Assembly: GCA_951406725.2 (NCBI GenBank)
Contig: OX597817.1
Location: 45,322,001 to 45,386,000 of the forward strand
Direction of reading: 5' to 3'
Length of the DNA stretch: 64,000 nucleotides
From: Octopus vulgaris
Taxonomy: Eukaryota
Shown: piece by piece, positions 12,940-27,864 of the stretch
Numbering within the stretch: position 1 is the first letter of the stretch
How the letters are laid out: the number at the start of each line of letters is the position of its first letter
Position numbers and translations under genes: made by a program
The notes under the pieces: generated by a model
What the model was told of the DNA's origin: nothing
What the model saw: the letters and a program-made list of their open reading frames with translations, nothing else
Databases searched by the model: none

Positions 12940-13268
12940 AAGCATCTGCTTGGGCAGATCAAAGCATTGTGAGTGGATTTGGTACACGAAAACTGAAAGA
13001 AGCCCGTCGTATATATGTATATATGAACATATATATATATATGTGTGTGTCTGTGTGTGTATGTGTGTGTGTGTCTGTGATTGTCTCCCCAGCATCACTT
13101 GACAACCGATGCTGGTGTATTTTCGTCCCCGTAACTTAGAGGTTCGGCAAAAGACCTGATTGAGTAAGTACTTGGCTTACAAAGAATAAGTCCTTGGGTC
13201 AATTTGCTAGATTAAAGGCGGTGCTCCAGCATGGCCACAGTGAAAATGACTGAAACGAGTAAAAGAGG
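12940..13268 (+). mobile_element. SINE family B (CORE-like, internal TA/TG microsatellite), 5'-truncated
   Basis: gtgagtggatttggta..gaaactgaaagaagcccgtcg-(TA/TG)n-...ggcggtgctccagcatggcc. Confidence 0.85.
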
Positions 13269-14306
13269 CATCCACATGTATACACACACACGAACACCCA
13301 ACCACACATATGTACACAGACCTACACCAACACCTACGTTCTTCGACAGCTTCTCTCTACCAAATTCCATTACAATACGTTAGTAAGTCGGGCGGTTAGC
13401 AGGACACAATTACCCAGTGCGTCGCCTATTTGAACTGAACCCGAAACGACGTGGTTAAATTAAACTTAGCATTTGAATATAAGTCTATGTACTGAAAATA
13501 AATGCTCAATGACACATTTATTAAAATCAGGTCCACTAAATACAATTCATTCACGAGGTTCGAGTAACTTTCCTACTGGAATATGAGATAGTTATAACAA
13601 AGTGGCTGATATTATTGCAATCTTGCCTGCTTTAAAATTTAAATAAACACGAGCTAAAATAACCAATTATCGGTGAGTAATTGTTACAATTAACCTTGAA
13701 TCAAATTTAAAATAAATTATTGAAAATCTTTCAAAGGACCCAGACAATATAATTACGTGTCAACATTTCAACGCAAAATTGGCGAACTGACAGCTTAGAG
13801 TTAATAATCACAAACAACCCATTAATGTAATGGAATATGTTAGTGAGGAAATTAAGGTACTAATGTTTTGTACTAGCTATGCGTTTTGAAAGGCGGATCG
13901 CATATTAGCAAAAAATTTCAAGTTTTATTGAACTAATTTGATATCATTTATGATTATTAAATCCTATAAAACAGTGGAATTACTCAGGATGGAAAACAAT
14001 TGAACAATGTGGAATAATGAACATTAATAAATAGATAAACAATGTAACAAATAAGTTATCAGATATGACCCATCTACTTAGATCCTCATAAGTACACACA
14101 TTTATATACAAACAGACGCACGCTCCCTCACTCCTAAATTTACGAGATAAATCAGAGGAAACAAAATGTTGTTTTAAATTTTGTAGTAAATCTGAAAATA
14201 AAGCGGGGAGAGAGGGGAAAGTCAACAAGAAAGAATGAGCATAGGATTTGATAACATGCAACCAAGGTTTCAGATTATATCAAACTATATCCTCAATTAT
14301 TATTTG

Positions 14307-14612
14307 AAGGCACGTGACCTAGTGGTTAGAGCCGCATACTCGCGGTTGAAGGATCGCTGGTTCGAATTTCAAACCGGGCGATGTGTGTGTTTATGAGCAA
14401 AACACCTAAGCTCCTCGTGGCTCCGGCAGAAGATAATGGCGAATTTCTGCTGACTTTTCGCCACAACTTTCTCTCATTTTTTCCTCATGCATCTAACAAC
14501 TCACCTGTGACGGACCAACGTCCTGTCCAGGTGGTGAGCCTATATGCCAATAAAGCCGGGAAAATCGGCGCTTATGAGCCAGGCACAGCTTCTGAAGGAA
14601 CAAACAATAACA
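14307..14612 (+). mobile_element. SINE family C
   Basis: Homologous to 727-990. Confidence 0.8.
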
Positions 14613-14744
14613 ACATAGAGACAATAGTCTCTCCCTAACACTGATTACGACTATTCATATATTACTCGTTAAGCGTTTATTTCGAAAGTAGTTTTCATCT
14701 TGCAAAATGACTAACTCTCTCATTTGGATATAATTTCCAGTTTC

Positions 14745-14797
<53 letters not shown>

Positions 14798-15069
14798 CGC
14801 AATTGTGAGATTATACAAGACACATTAGATCGAAGCATTTAAAGATGTGAGGGGTTCATATATATATATATATATATATAAGATTTGATTCCCCCATAGT
14901 GTAAGTTAAAGAGTTAAATGTATCTATACTTTTCATTGAAATATAATATTCAATATCTAAAATTTAAACAGGTGGAATGCCGTTACACGACTGAGGTAAC
15001 ATATACTCAAGATGAACCCTTTTTATTAGTATATATATATTATATATATTTTGTGTGTGTATGTGCTTG

Positions 15070-15108
<39 letters not shown>

Positions 15109-15845
15109 GCATATATGATACATCACTTGTGTATGAATATATACATATTTAGATATATACAACTCTATAGGTATTTAACACATATGTATATAAGCATGTA
15201 TATATATATGACGTACCTTTGTTTATACATTTTCACTCACACGCAACGATATATCTTGAAATTAATTCTCGTAGAATGTTGAGAAGAATTCCAATATACA
15301 TTTAATAGTTTATTGTTTCAAATATTGACAGTGTAAACATTCCTAGAACTAATACAACTGTCGGTAAATGATTGAACATTTATTTAAATATTTAATTAGA
15401 ATCGAAAGCATAATCAATAAAATAATATCGATATTTTGTTACATACAAATGTTGGTTTTCGCAAGCCACACGAAAGAAAATATTAGTATTACGGTGTGAA
15501 TTGTTGGTGCATTACTAAAGTATACATTTGTAGTGATTGCTACGTAATTATGTCGTCGAAAATATGTAATTATTGATGTGAGTATGTGAGAGATAGAGCG
15601 ATTGACTTTATAATTTATATCATGCAGATAACGATTTCATTGGTCATTTGAATGCTTATGCTGGTTGTAGACTCAACGTCTCATGACTTGCTTATCTGTA
15701 AACAGTATAGAACATATCTTTGTGTGAAGAAATTGTACTTTTACGTATTTATGCAATCGTCTGTGTAGAGATACATAAAGCAATCACATGAATTTTCTCC
15801 TTACTGATAGGAAACTATGGAAACTCACATATACACAGACATATA

Positions 15846-16251
15846 GGGTGGCGAGCTGGCAGAAACGTTAGCACGCCGGGCGAAATGCGTAGCCGTATTT
15901 CGTCTGCCGTTACGTTCTGAGTTCAAATGCCGCCGAGGTCAACTTTGCCTTTCATCCTTTCGGGGACGATAAATTAAGTACCGGTTACACACTGGGGTCA
16001 ATGTAACCGACTTAATAACTATGTCTGTCCCCTCTTTGTTTAGCCCCTTGTGGGTAATAAAGTGATAAGTATTTTGTCTGTCGTTACGTTCTGATTTTCA
16101 AATTCCGCCGAGGTCGACTTTGCCTTTCATCCTTTCGGTTTCGATAAATAAACTACCCGTTTCGAACTGGGGTCGATCTAATTGACTCAATCCCTTTGTC
16201 CGTCCTTGTTTGTCCCCTCTATGTTTAGCCCCTTGTGGGAAAGTAAAGAAA
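15846..16251 (+). mobile_element. SINE family A dimer with TSD
   Basis: Head plus two bodies, flanked by the direct repeat atatacacagacata. Confidence 0.85.
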
Positions 16252-16943
16252 TATATACACAGACATACATACATATATACATACATACTTATATATCCAT
16301 ACATACACAAACATATACACACATAACTATGTGCATGCAAAACTAAATATATACATTCATTGTAGGGCACCGTAATATAGGCTAATATCATGGCCTAATA
16401 ACGGCGAAAGATAGGCTAATAGCGCAATTTTCGGTTTATTACAATGCTTTTATGCAGCAAGCTTCAATGAGAGAAGATCATTGAAGCCTAATTACGTATT
16501 CTTCGATGTTCTCACAAGACATTTTCAATAAGCTTACTGGTGCACTATATATCGTAGCAGCAATATATGACTGTCATCAGTGATATCTCAGGGGTAACTT
16601 CCAGTAGAATTCAATCACGGGATTTGGAATATGGGAGCCCCGGCTCGAATTTCAAGTGTAATAAACACCGCACAGTATATTTAATTCGTTCACATTACTA
16701 CACGAAGAACATAGGGTCTTTCAGGCATATATATATCTCCTTGGACAAGATACCTGCTTACTGAAGAATTACAAATTTCTGCAAGATGAGTAAAGTAGAG
16801 GAACGGAAAATGCAGTGCTTTGCTCGAGCGCTCTTCATATGAGGTTGCCCTGTCCAAGAATCACACCCACAATCTTTTATGTATAGGTATATTTATTTAT
16901 ACATATAAGACTCTGCTTATATATATATATATATATATGTGTA

Positions 16944-16975
<32 letters not shown>

Positions 16976-17109
16976 TATGTGTGTGTGTGTCTCTGTGTAT
17001 GCGTATGTGTGTTTTTGTGTATGTTTGTGTGTTTGTGATATCTTTCTTATGAAAGCTACAGACCGCATTGAAGTGCTCAAGTCGAACCTAAGACGTTACA
17101 CAATTATAA

Positions 17110-18547
17110 TAAATGAATGGAAAAAGTTCAAATCAGGCAAACTACAATGAATACATATGTATACGGATATGTTTAAGATAAAGATTGTCCAAAATAAAAC
17201 ATATATTCAATACATATAAAAATATACGAATATTAAAGATATATATGGACTTATAAATATATTAATATACAAATATAGCAATACTATAAAGAAGTATAGG
17301 ATAAGAGATAGAAACGTTTTTAAAAGAAAAAGGAATTAGAAATATAGTGAAGAGAAAATAATAGACGTCAAAAAGTATTTTATATTACATATTAAAAGGA
17401 AATATTCCTACGGCTTTTTCAGGGGTTCATTTCGCCGAGTAAAAAATGAATCTTCAAATTCATTTTTAGGGAATGTCTCCTTCATCAGGAAGAAAGGGAT
17501 AATGCATTCTGAACGTTGCCAAGGTATGAAGTAACGAAGCTTTTATAGAAGAGCTATATCTATGCAAATGATGGAAGACTTTATGAGGGCTGATGAGTGG
17601 GAAAAATTAGGTTACTTACCATCTTTATTAAAATTTATATTGGCAATATCGTGTTGTAACCAATATGAAGTCAGGTTGTGCAGCGTAAATTAATAAGGCT
17701 ATTGTTAAATACATTCGGATTGAAAAAGTTTCATGAAAGTTGAATAATATCTGTGGCTACACGAATGAATATCATCGGAAAACTTATTTAATACGGTAGA
17801 ATTATACATGTGAAGGATAGTGTATGGTTCTTTTATACACATTCTAAATCTGCCCATAATCATGTTGTATGGTGAGAGGGAGCCTCATCTTTAATAGACC
17901 AAGGTATTCTATAATTGATGTTCTGTAGTTTTAAGCTGTGTATGTATCTAGCTAGTGCCGTTGAGTTGTTATATTTTAGATTACTGAAAGAATTCCAATG
18001 GTTTCTATATCGTCTCTTAAAATTTATTGTGCTTCCTATGTATACTATTATTTGATGTTTGGCATTTACCATGCTGCATTTATGAATTACATTTTTTCGT
18101 AAACAAAATCCAGTGGGCGGCGGACATGAATCGGGGACCATACAATTACAATTCTTTGTATCCCTATCTTTAATTGTACTTGGATTTATTAAGGTTGTGT
18201 CGGGTTGGTGTATATATAGTTAAGATGCATTGCGTTTAGATTTAGATAGACTTAGTTTTTGTTTTATTAATTTTATGTGGACTTATAAGGGATATATTAT
18301 GGTGATCTAAGCAGTTAGCCATTTGAAGTTGGAGTTTATTTCTATTTGTGGATGCAATGATAGATCCCAGATTCACTGTGGTGCAGGAAGGTAATTGTAT
18401 AGAGTGTTTGTTTAATAAGTGGTAATATTTGGTTCTTAATAAATTGTTATTTCAGAACCTTAAACATTAGTTGTGGTAAAATTTTGACTCTGAGAGAAAA
18501 ATACTTTCTCTTCTTTTAGATTTAGAGTGGGTTACCAAATTAGGATG

Positions 18548-18548
<1 letters not shown>
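17110..18548 (-). mobile_element. Decayed Penelope-like element (linker, GIY-YIG and 3' UTR)
   Basis: NCNC..SCPPPTGFCLRKNVIHKC..VYIGST..KRRYRNH (17860-18160), clearly related to the 58.6-60.8 kb protein; degenerate hammerhead at 17405-17491; (TA)n adjacent. Confidence 0.8.
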
Positions 18549-18591
<43 letters not shown>

Positions 18592-20107
18592 GAACGGCAA
18601 AAAATATATAGTACTTAAATATATTTTATAAAATTAAACATATTCATATGCCACATACACAACCATACATGCTCGGTGGGGGGCGCACAATCATGCACAC
18701 ACACACACATGTTTAATAAAAAATACAAAGTAAAAAATTTAGTTTTAATACTGATTGAACATTTCTTTCTTTCTTTCTTTCTCATTTTCATGTTTGAAAT
18801 AATCCATAGCTTTCTATTAAGTAACGCCCAATTGATGAAGAGGTTAATCTTTTATCTATAATCAGTATTTTTTGTCTCCATATTGGAATATCAGCCACTT
18901 TTAAGAATCCGAAGGTTAAATAAATACTTTCGTTATACAGTATAGGGCATTTTATTAAATGGTTGCTCTTTAATTATAAAGAAATTTTGTATACTTTTCA
19001 ATCCTTTTGTAATTGCACTGTGTAATGGTATATTTTGTGTGTTATTCTTTTTAATACATTCAAGATTTAACTTTGATGATGGAACTTTCATTCAATATCT
19101 TTGTTCATACCCAGGTAACGAATGGCTTTTCGATCAATGTGATCAAGTGTGAGTTTATAACTAAATTCCTTTGACAGATTCCATTGAAAACATAAAATTT
19201 GAAAGATACAATTGCATTCCCTGCATCATTGGCGATCTCATCGCGATAGAAATTCTTGAATATCGTAATATGAATACATGATAATACTACTTGGGAAATC
19301 ATTAATATATCTAGCTATTATTATAGCTTAGCAACACAATTCACAATTTTTTTTTCAATTTAATTTTTCACACTGTGAGCATAATTTAATTTCATTTTTC
19401 TCTTTAAATATCATATGTAGTTTAATTGGTATGAATTTTGTATGACCTCGTTTCATTAATAATATAATTATATCGTGGAACGCTTTAAAATATCCCACTG
19501 GAGGAAATATGAATTTGAATTGGACATTTCCACTCCTTTTCATTTTCCCATTTTCTTCCTTTTCCTCTTCTAATTCCGATAATTCGTTTTGTAAATAAGG
19601 TTGCAGTGACATTTCCTACTATCTAGAAAACATATATATCTAGAAAATCCAGTACACTATCATGAAGAGTTATATAGGTCTACGCCACATAATAAATACA
19701 GGTAAAAATCCATACGTATTAAAATATTCCAATAAACGTACTAACTTACAAATGTTCATAATCCTTGTAAATAGTTGAAACAAACACTAATGCTTAAATA
19801 AGTTTGTATGTACTGACATAGTAACACGGCAAGTATATTACCCAATATATATGCAATGCTATTATTAATTTAAAAGCCAACACAGAAATTGATTATGTAA
19901 CAATCCTAATAGTATTATGATGTGGAGTGTCTAAGGTACATTCAAAGAACATGTGGTTCATGAATTAAATAAGTATTCCAGTCTGTAGTCAAGCATTTAG
20001 CTCATTTATTACCTTCAGTCCAACTGCACACACACACACACACATACGAGCGCGCGCACACACGCACGCACGCACGCACGCACACACGCACACACAAATA
20101 TACATAC

Positions 20108-20560
20108 TGGCGGCGAGCTAGAAGAATCGTTAGCGCGCTGAGCAAAATGTTTACCGGCATTTCGCCCGTCTTAATGGTTGAAAGGCGGCGAGTTGGCAGA
20201 GTCGTTAGCGCACCGGGCGAAATACTTAGCGGTATTTCGTCCGCTGCTACGTTCAGAGTTCAAATTCCGCCGGCTTGACTTTGCCTTTCATCCTTTCGGG
20301 GTCGAATAATTAAGTGCCAGTTACGCACTGTGGTCAATATAATCGACTTAATCCATTTGTCTGTCCTTGTTTGTCCCCTTGTGGGTAGTAAAGAAATAGG
20401 TATTTCGTCTGCAATTACGTTCTGAGTTCAAATTCCGCCGAGGTCGACTTTGCCTTTCATGCCTTCGGGGTTAATAAAATAAATATCACTTGCGCACTGG
20501 GGTCGATGTAATTGATTTAATCCGTCTGTCCTCTCTATGTTGAACCCCTTGTAAGCAATA
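20108..20560 (+). mobile_element. SINE family A composite (two heads, two bodies)
   Basis: ggcggcgag heads at 20109 and 20184 followed by two Meta-like bodies. Confidence 0.8.
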
Positions 20561-22334
20561 AATAAATAACAAACATACATTCATACACACACACACACAC
20601 GCACGTGGACATACACATATATATATACACACACGCGCACCTTCCCATATATATATATATATATAAAACATGAAACGAAATGCTGCAGTAAATGTCTAAA
20701 TGAATACACATGATTGAACCGGTCACAATAAAAAGCTAGAATATAATTTCTCTGAATAGCAAGATAGTGTCAATAATCGTTTCCCATAAAGGCCCTAGAG
20801 CAACAAAGTTTTGCTGAGCTTATGAACCCTCAGCCTTTACCAGTTCTTGTTATGTATCTAAAGAATGAAATGGTATTTTTCACCGTCAGGGTAATAAGTC
20901 AGAGCTTAAGTTTCTAACGTATTTGCCAATCTACTCGCCTAATCATGCATCTTAATAATAGTAATTACACTCTAATATTACCTGAATATTAGAACAGTAG
21001 ATGAAGTTATTATCTAAATCTTCAAAGGAAAATATATGTTAGTCTATGCACTACATTTCTAACAGAAGTCTAAAGTTGGCGTATACTGAAGGCAGGTATC
21101 GCATCTTCATAGGGCGATGATTCTTTAACACTTCTTACATAAGTAATACAGTTGTTTTATACAAATATGGTACAGTAAACGGAGGTAGATCAATTATTGA
21201 ATAATTCGTAACAGTGAAACAAAAAGAAAAAGAGTTTGTCACTGCAAGGAAAATGAAATCTAAATTCACAGAGAAGATAAAACGGAAATTCGAGACACGT
21301 TCGCTATTTTGAATGAAATAAGCTAAACTGTATCGTCTCTGAGGAGTCCTTATCAAATTGATAATTTCCTGTTAGCTAAGCATCACATTATTCCATGGCC
21401 ACAGCTTTCTGCCCAAAACAGATAAAATAGAAAGTGTGAACATATTCATTGAAAAACAGATTTGAAAGAAAAGAAGACTAGAATATAATTTAATTACAAA
21501 TCACCGACGAAGGAAAACCTAAACTGAAGACAAAAATGATTATTTCATCATATATATCGAGTGAGATTACAAGTACCAATGGCGAACCGATTGGGATCAA
21601 CAGTGAACTAAGGGTAAAAAGCTTAAGCGGAAGTACGCATTTGGTTTCAACGATTCAATAAAGTTCAGTCAAGTTCAGTCAAGTTCAATCATGTTCAATC
21701 AATACGAATTAGAAATCTAATATAGCAAATTTTCGGTTTAATGTCTATTGTAGACTATACAGTCTGCAATACACAAATAACAAACACGATGTTATCCGTT
21801 TATCAAGTGTTTATACATACAAACACACACACACACACATACGTACACACACATACATATACAAGCATACATGCATATATATCTGCGCGCGCGCGCGTGT
21901 CTGTCTGTCTGTTCAGTTGTAACATAATTATTTCTTCATGGCATTAAGTATAATGACACAAAATTGATGATTATTTTTCGTGCAGATTGCGTATCGATGT
22001 GATTACGATATTTCATTCCTACTCATATACATTAATTTCCAATATCATAGTAATGTTTTATCATTAATTAGAAGAGTAAAAATTATTATTGCTTTGCTGA
22101 AAAAGCATTAATAAGAACCAGGAAGTTCCTCTAACGCCGTTTGTAATTGCCAAAACCGGATTAAAATAATCTATATAATAATTTTCTTGTTCGTTCGCCT
22201 GTTATACATTACTAAGTTAGAGAAGTGAAAATGGAGTGAATACGAAGTGGAGTAAGAGAGAGAGAGGGGGAGAGAGAGAGCGAGAGGAGTGAAAAAAGAA
22301 AGGAAGAAGTAAAGAAAGTGATTAATATTAATAC

Positions 22335-22482
22335 ACAATGGTTCAAATTCCGGCGAGGTGAACTTTATTTTTCATTCTTTCGAGGCCGATAAGTTAAGTA
22401 TCATTTGCGTCTTGGGGGTCGATCTAATCGACTGGCACCCTTCCCAAAAATTTTTAGTCCTTGTGCTTAGAATAGAAAAGAA
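22335..22482 (+). mobile_element. SINE family A, truncated
   Basis: gttcaaattccggcgagg...ggggtcgatctaatcgac. Confidence 0.7.
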
Positions 22483-23879
22483 TATGAATACACTTCGGCC
22501 AAATGGTCACGTGGTGAGTTGAAGATAGAAGCGAAAAATGAGAGAAAAAGACGAGAAAAAAGGAGGGAGAGAGGGAATTGTTTACGAAGTGCGGTGGGGT
22601 GAGGAAGGAATACTTATTACATGGTTAAAAAGTTAGCTGAACGGAAAGGTTAATAAAGAGAGATGCAGAGAGGGGGCAGTTATATTGAGACAGAGAGAGA
22701 GAGAGAGAGTGAGAGTGAAGGAGAGAGGGAGGAGATACTGGTCATGGTATTGGTGTTTTGATACAGAAAAGTATTTTTTTTATCTAACTAATTTTCTTTT
22801 TGATTGTGACCATTGCGTACGTATAAGCGCAATTACTTATCGTCTGATCGCTTAAAAAAATGATATTTCTTTGCAAGGATTGATTTAGACTAAACTCTGG
22901 ATTCACAAGAAACACGGTTGCAAACTGCCCAAGCAAGGACGCACATATATTGTGCACGGTTCAGAGAGGAACACGGACGGAGACGTGAGGAAATAAATGC
23001 AGACGAACGTGAGGAATAGTTAAAGAAAGCTAAATTATGAATGCTATAAAAATGCAAATCCTCTTTTTGTTAAATAGGTCCTATTGATGTTTTCAATTCC
23101 ATGGAATTTTCTCGGGTCCTACTAGTTATTCTGTACTTTTCATCTCCTCAACTTAGAAATATCGTTCATTGGTTTTACGTTTTTAGAAAATAACATGTAA
23201 TGACTGTGTTGAATTTGTACTTAAACACTTGAGCAACATGGAGAAACAGGCAAAACCAAATTTGAAAAGCAAAAAATTGAATATACGAAATAACTGTTGT
23301 GTAACTATGTTCTGTAACTATAATAAATTCCCATATGCTACAAGAAAAATGATAAGACCTACAGTTAAAAGAAAAACGTTTTATTTTCCACTTAAAAGCA
23401 TCTCTGATTCTTTCAATGAATAAATTCATAGTTCAAGACAAAGTCACACAGTATCTAATTATCGTAGCTTAATTTATAGGTTAATTAAAACAAATAAGCA
23501 CTAAGAACATCTAGTGTGACAGAAAAGAAATCAGATGCAAACATATGAAGGCAAAACGAAGGGGAATACACTCACAACAATATCCTTAAATCCTTATAAA
23601 TGTTTTAGCCCGAAGGCCGCAGCCATTGGAAATATAACTTCAGTTTCGTAATAACTATCAATTATATTTTAATGTAACTTCAAACATGATGAACTCTTAT
23701 CGTATAATAAAAGAAACATATAACTGTTAAGTGTATGCTACAGGATTAGAAAGTAATATAAGCACTATAAAGGGAGGTAGATTTATTTCAACTATTGTTA
23801 GAACATGTAAATTTCTCTTACTAATATCTCGTATGTACCTATACAGCTACCCACACATATGCATTCAAGTGTGTGTGTG

Positions 23880-23941
<62 letters not shown>

Positions 23942-24039
23942 TCAGGATTGAATAGAAAGACAACGAATATGACATACCTGTGTGTGTATATATATATACA
24001 TATATAATTCATAAAAAAAGGAGAAATAAAAAAACAATA

Positions 24040-24043
24040 TATG

Positions 24044-24078
<35 letters not shown>

Positions 24079-24089
24079 ATGTGGAAGGC

Positions 24090-24187
<98 letters not shown>

Positions 24188-24215
24188 GACACACGCTTGT
24201 ATATATATATATACT
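24040..24215. repeat. (TA)n-rich microsatellite cluster
   Basis: Directly visible. Confidence 0.9.
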
Positions 24216-24765
24216 TATACATTGACACACACAAACACACATACTAATAGTTTGAGATTTAATGAACACTTGTACAAATGAGTGTTCAAACAAATGTTTA
24301 CATAAATGTCGTTCGCAATCTATTATGTTGGTGACGAGAGTTATTATAGCGGCACATATTTACACGCTATTCAGTCATAAATACGTTATTAATGAGATTA
24401 TAGCAGCTGTATAGGTTTCTATTTGAAAACATTATAAAAAAAAATTTGCACGATTGTGGTATGAACATGAATTGCTGTAGAAGGATTTATATCAGATTAC
24501 GAAGATGCAGAGTTATGACAATGTTATCCCTCATATTTTAGTGCTTTCGCTTTTTATGATTCTCAGGGGCGGCTCAGTGGCAGAAGGTGGAGTAAAATTG
24601 TATAAAATATATGTATGTCTTAATATTTAATATTTTGAATTAAATTTTATGAAATAATTAAGGCTCAAATACTGCAATAGTTTAAGAGGAAGAAATATGA
24701 ACAACGTATTTAAATGAAATATATTGATAGGCGCAATTCCTTGACATGTATACATACACACACCG

Positions 24766-24806
<41 letters not shown>

Positions 24807-25215
24807 GTGTGTGTGTGTGTGCGTGTGTGTGCATATATATGTATATTTATATATCTTTAGATATGTATATATGTGTACGTACAGATTTGTACACGTGTGT
24901 GTATGTATGTATATATAAGGTCGTCTATACATGTGTGTATGTGTATCTTTTATTTGTTTTCGTCATTAGACTGCTACGAATTCTTCGTAGTTGAAGAATT
25001 GTCCCCTTGTAATTATATAGATTGGTTCTTATTCTGTTGGGGTCTTTTGCTAAACTGCTAGATACCTAAGCGGAAACACACCAACACCGAATATTAAATG
25101 GTGGTGGAGGACATTTACAGACACAAATATACTATATAGACACACGTACAAACGCATACATATACACACATGCATGTATGGGAATATAGATACATATATG
25201 TATGTTTATATATAT

Positions 25216-25272
<57 letters not shown>

Positions 25273-26200
25273 CATATCCATATGTATATACGTGTGTTTG
25301 TGTAACTCATATCGTAATCCATTCCCCTCTCTCTACCCTACGAAAGGGCAGCTCATTCAGAATAAAAGAAAATGAGAGACCATATCTCTTAATAGTAAAC
25401 TCATCTAAACGGCAGGATAACAAGAGAAGAAATAAAACGGGAAATACTACATAACTAAAGAACAGTAAAAGTATATTATATTCTTTATTTCTCAAATGAT
25501 GCGCTGACATGAAATGCTTCAAACTCTTCTCTGCACAAAATATATATAACATGTCAAACTGCAAATTATTTTACCAATAATGTACTTAAATCAAGATTCA
25601 CAACTCTGCAACGCCAGGAGCAATCTGTGTAAAGCAATTTAGTGTAAGATTTGTAAAGACGATAGATTTTCAACATGGACGAATGCTAAAAACATAACAT
25701 CAATAACCGAACAGTTTCTAATAGTAACTACATGGAAATCATCTACAAATAATAAAGTGCAAAGATTCTCGTTAAATATTTAGCGCACAGCCACAAATCC
25801 TTGCACTTATTTTAAACGAAGTACTGAAAAAATAAAAATAATAATTTAAAACGATATTCTGAAAAATATAGCTCCGGAAAGGACATATTGATCTCCGATA
25901 GTTATTGAATAACTATATCCCCCATCTTCAAAGGTGTTTACTACTACTACCATAGTGCAGGATTTAAATCTGGTAATGAACGATATTCATTTTCAATTTT
26001 CTATTAGTGCACACGACCGAAGTCTTCTTATCAGATGTCTTTGAAAATACAAGGTGATGGAGAGTATAACAAATTGCAGCTACAGAAAATGTAGCACCTT
26101 CGAAACAAATACTACATTCACTTAGAGTAGAATTGACCGCTGTGAGTAACGATGAGGTGTAGATGCAAGTTTAATAGAAATACATGCTTAATAGAAATAA

Positions 26201-26616
26201 AGGCGGCGAGCTGGCAGAAACGTTTGCACGACGGGCGAAATGCGTAGCCGTATTTCGTTTGCCGTTACGTACTGAGTTCAATTTCCGCCGAGGTCGACTT
26301 TGCCTTTCATCCTTTCGGGGTCGAGAAATTAAGTACCAGTTACGCACTGAGGTCGATATAATCGACTTAATCCGTTTGTCTATCCTTGTTTGTCCTCTCT
26401 ATGTTTAGCCCCTTGTGGGTAGTAAAGAAATAGGTATTTCGTCTGCCGCTACGTCCTAAGTTCAAATTCCCCCGAGGTCGATTTTGCCTTTCATCTTTCC
26501 GGGTTCGATTAAATAGGTGTCAGGTATGCACTGGGGTCGATGTAATCGACTTTATCTCTTTGTCTGTCCTTGTTTGTCCCCTCTAGGTATAGCTCCTTGT
26601 GGGTAGTAAAGAAATA
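26201..26616 (+). mobile_element. SINE family A dimer
   Basis: Head plus two bodies, each ending ttgtgggtagtaaagaaata. Confidence 0.85.
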
Positions 26617-26850
26617 AGAAATACAGGCTGGAAATGCTAGAAGTATATCAGTTTCATGAAATACTAAGTCAAAAAGGATGGCAGAAAAACAACGGAAAAC
26701 ATCTCCTAAGAAGACAAAATTGTGACGTGAGTAAGAGGAAGGTCAACATAATAGAAATACAGATGAGAAACGCTAGAAAGGTATCAGTTTCATGAAATAT
26801 TAAGACAAATATGACGACAGAAAACACAAACGAAAACATCTCTTAAAAGT
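26617..26850. repeat. Degenerate tandem duplication, period about 135 bp
   Basis: agaaatacag..gctagaa..tatcagtttcatgaaata..aaaacatctc occurs twice. Confidence 0.7.
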
Positions 26851-27634
26851 CAATAATCATCTTATATTGGGACTTGTAAAGCAAAATGTCTGAAATGATG
26901 GTAGCAACTAAAGAAATCCCTATTCAGCCTGTGTATGAAATTACAAAATGATTTAGGAACGTCCAAGTAGCAATCCAAAGAGAAACTGTAGAAATAAATG
27001 TAGGAGCTGAAAATGTTAAAATTTCCCACGTCAGTTAGACTCCTCCTGTAAATATCTTTACTTGCTTTGCACTTTCGTACTTATTTTTTGCACCTATGTA
27101 TCCCACCTGACTTATAGCACGGCTTATTAGGGTTCCCGCAAAACAGTTAAATATTTCGGAATGAAACACTCAGTCTCTTGAAAAATCTGGATAGGTATTT
27201 ACACAACACTGAATATGACTACATTCTTCTCTGATTTCCTTGAATACATTTATATGCCCTCTAAACAAATTTCTCATTTGTTAAATCAACAATAAATAAG
27301 TATTTATGCTGTCATTTCTGTGATTTTTCCTCAACGAACCAGTAGATGTTTCTTACAAATTTCTTAACCTTCCTGCTTTATTTTCCCTAATAATTTATTA
27401 CCGAAACAAAATATATCGATAATCTATTTTTGCCCATAGCAATACTTCGCTAAAGATAAATCTGAATATTTCGTAGTATAATTAGAATCATGTTATAATA
27501 AAAATATCAATAGATTTTCTTTTTTTATTAATTCTACCGCGTTCATTTTGTTTCCTTGTCTTGCTTCATTTTGAATCTCAATGAATTTCATTAGTTCAAC
27601 TACTACTTCGCTCTGTCTATACCTACAACTACCT

Positions 27635-27864
27635 GGCGGCGAGCTGGCAGAACTGTTAGCTCGCCGGACGAAATGCGTAGCCGTATTTCGGCTGCCGCTA
27701 CGTTCTGAGTTCAAATTCCGTCGAGGTCGACTTTGCCTTTCATCCTTTCGGGGTCGATAAATTAAGTACCATTTACGCACTGGGGTCGATATAATCAACT
27801 TAATCCCTTTGTCTGTCCTTGTTTGTCCCCTCTATGTTTAGCCCCTTGTGGGTAATAAAGAAAC
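27635..27864 (+). mobile_element. Full-length SINE family A monomer with 17-bp TSD
   Basis: TSD TATACCTACAACTACCT at 27618-27634 and 27866-27882. Confidence 0.9.

Noticed and set aside
26184-27798. Recurrent peptides such as RPRKDERQSRPRRNLNSER in several ORFs
   Set aside because: Translations of SINE A; they recur only because the SINE does.
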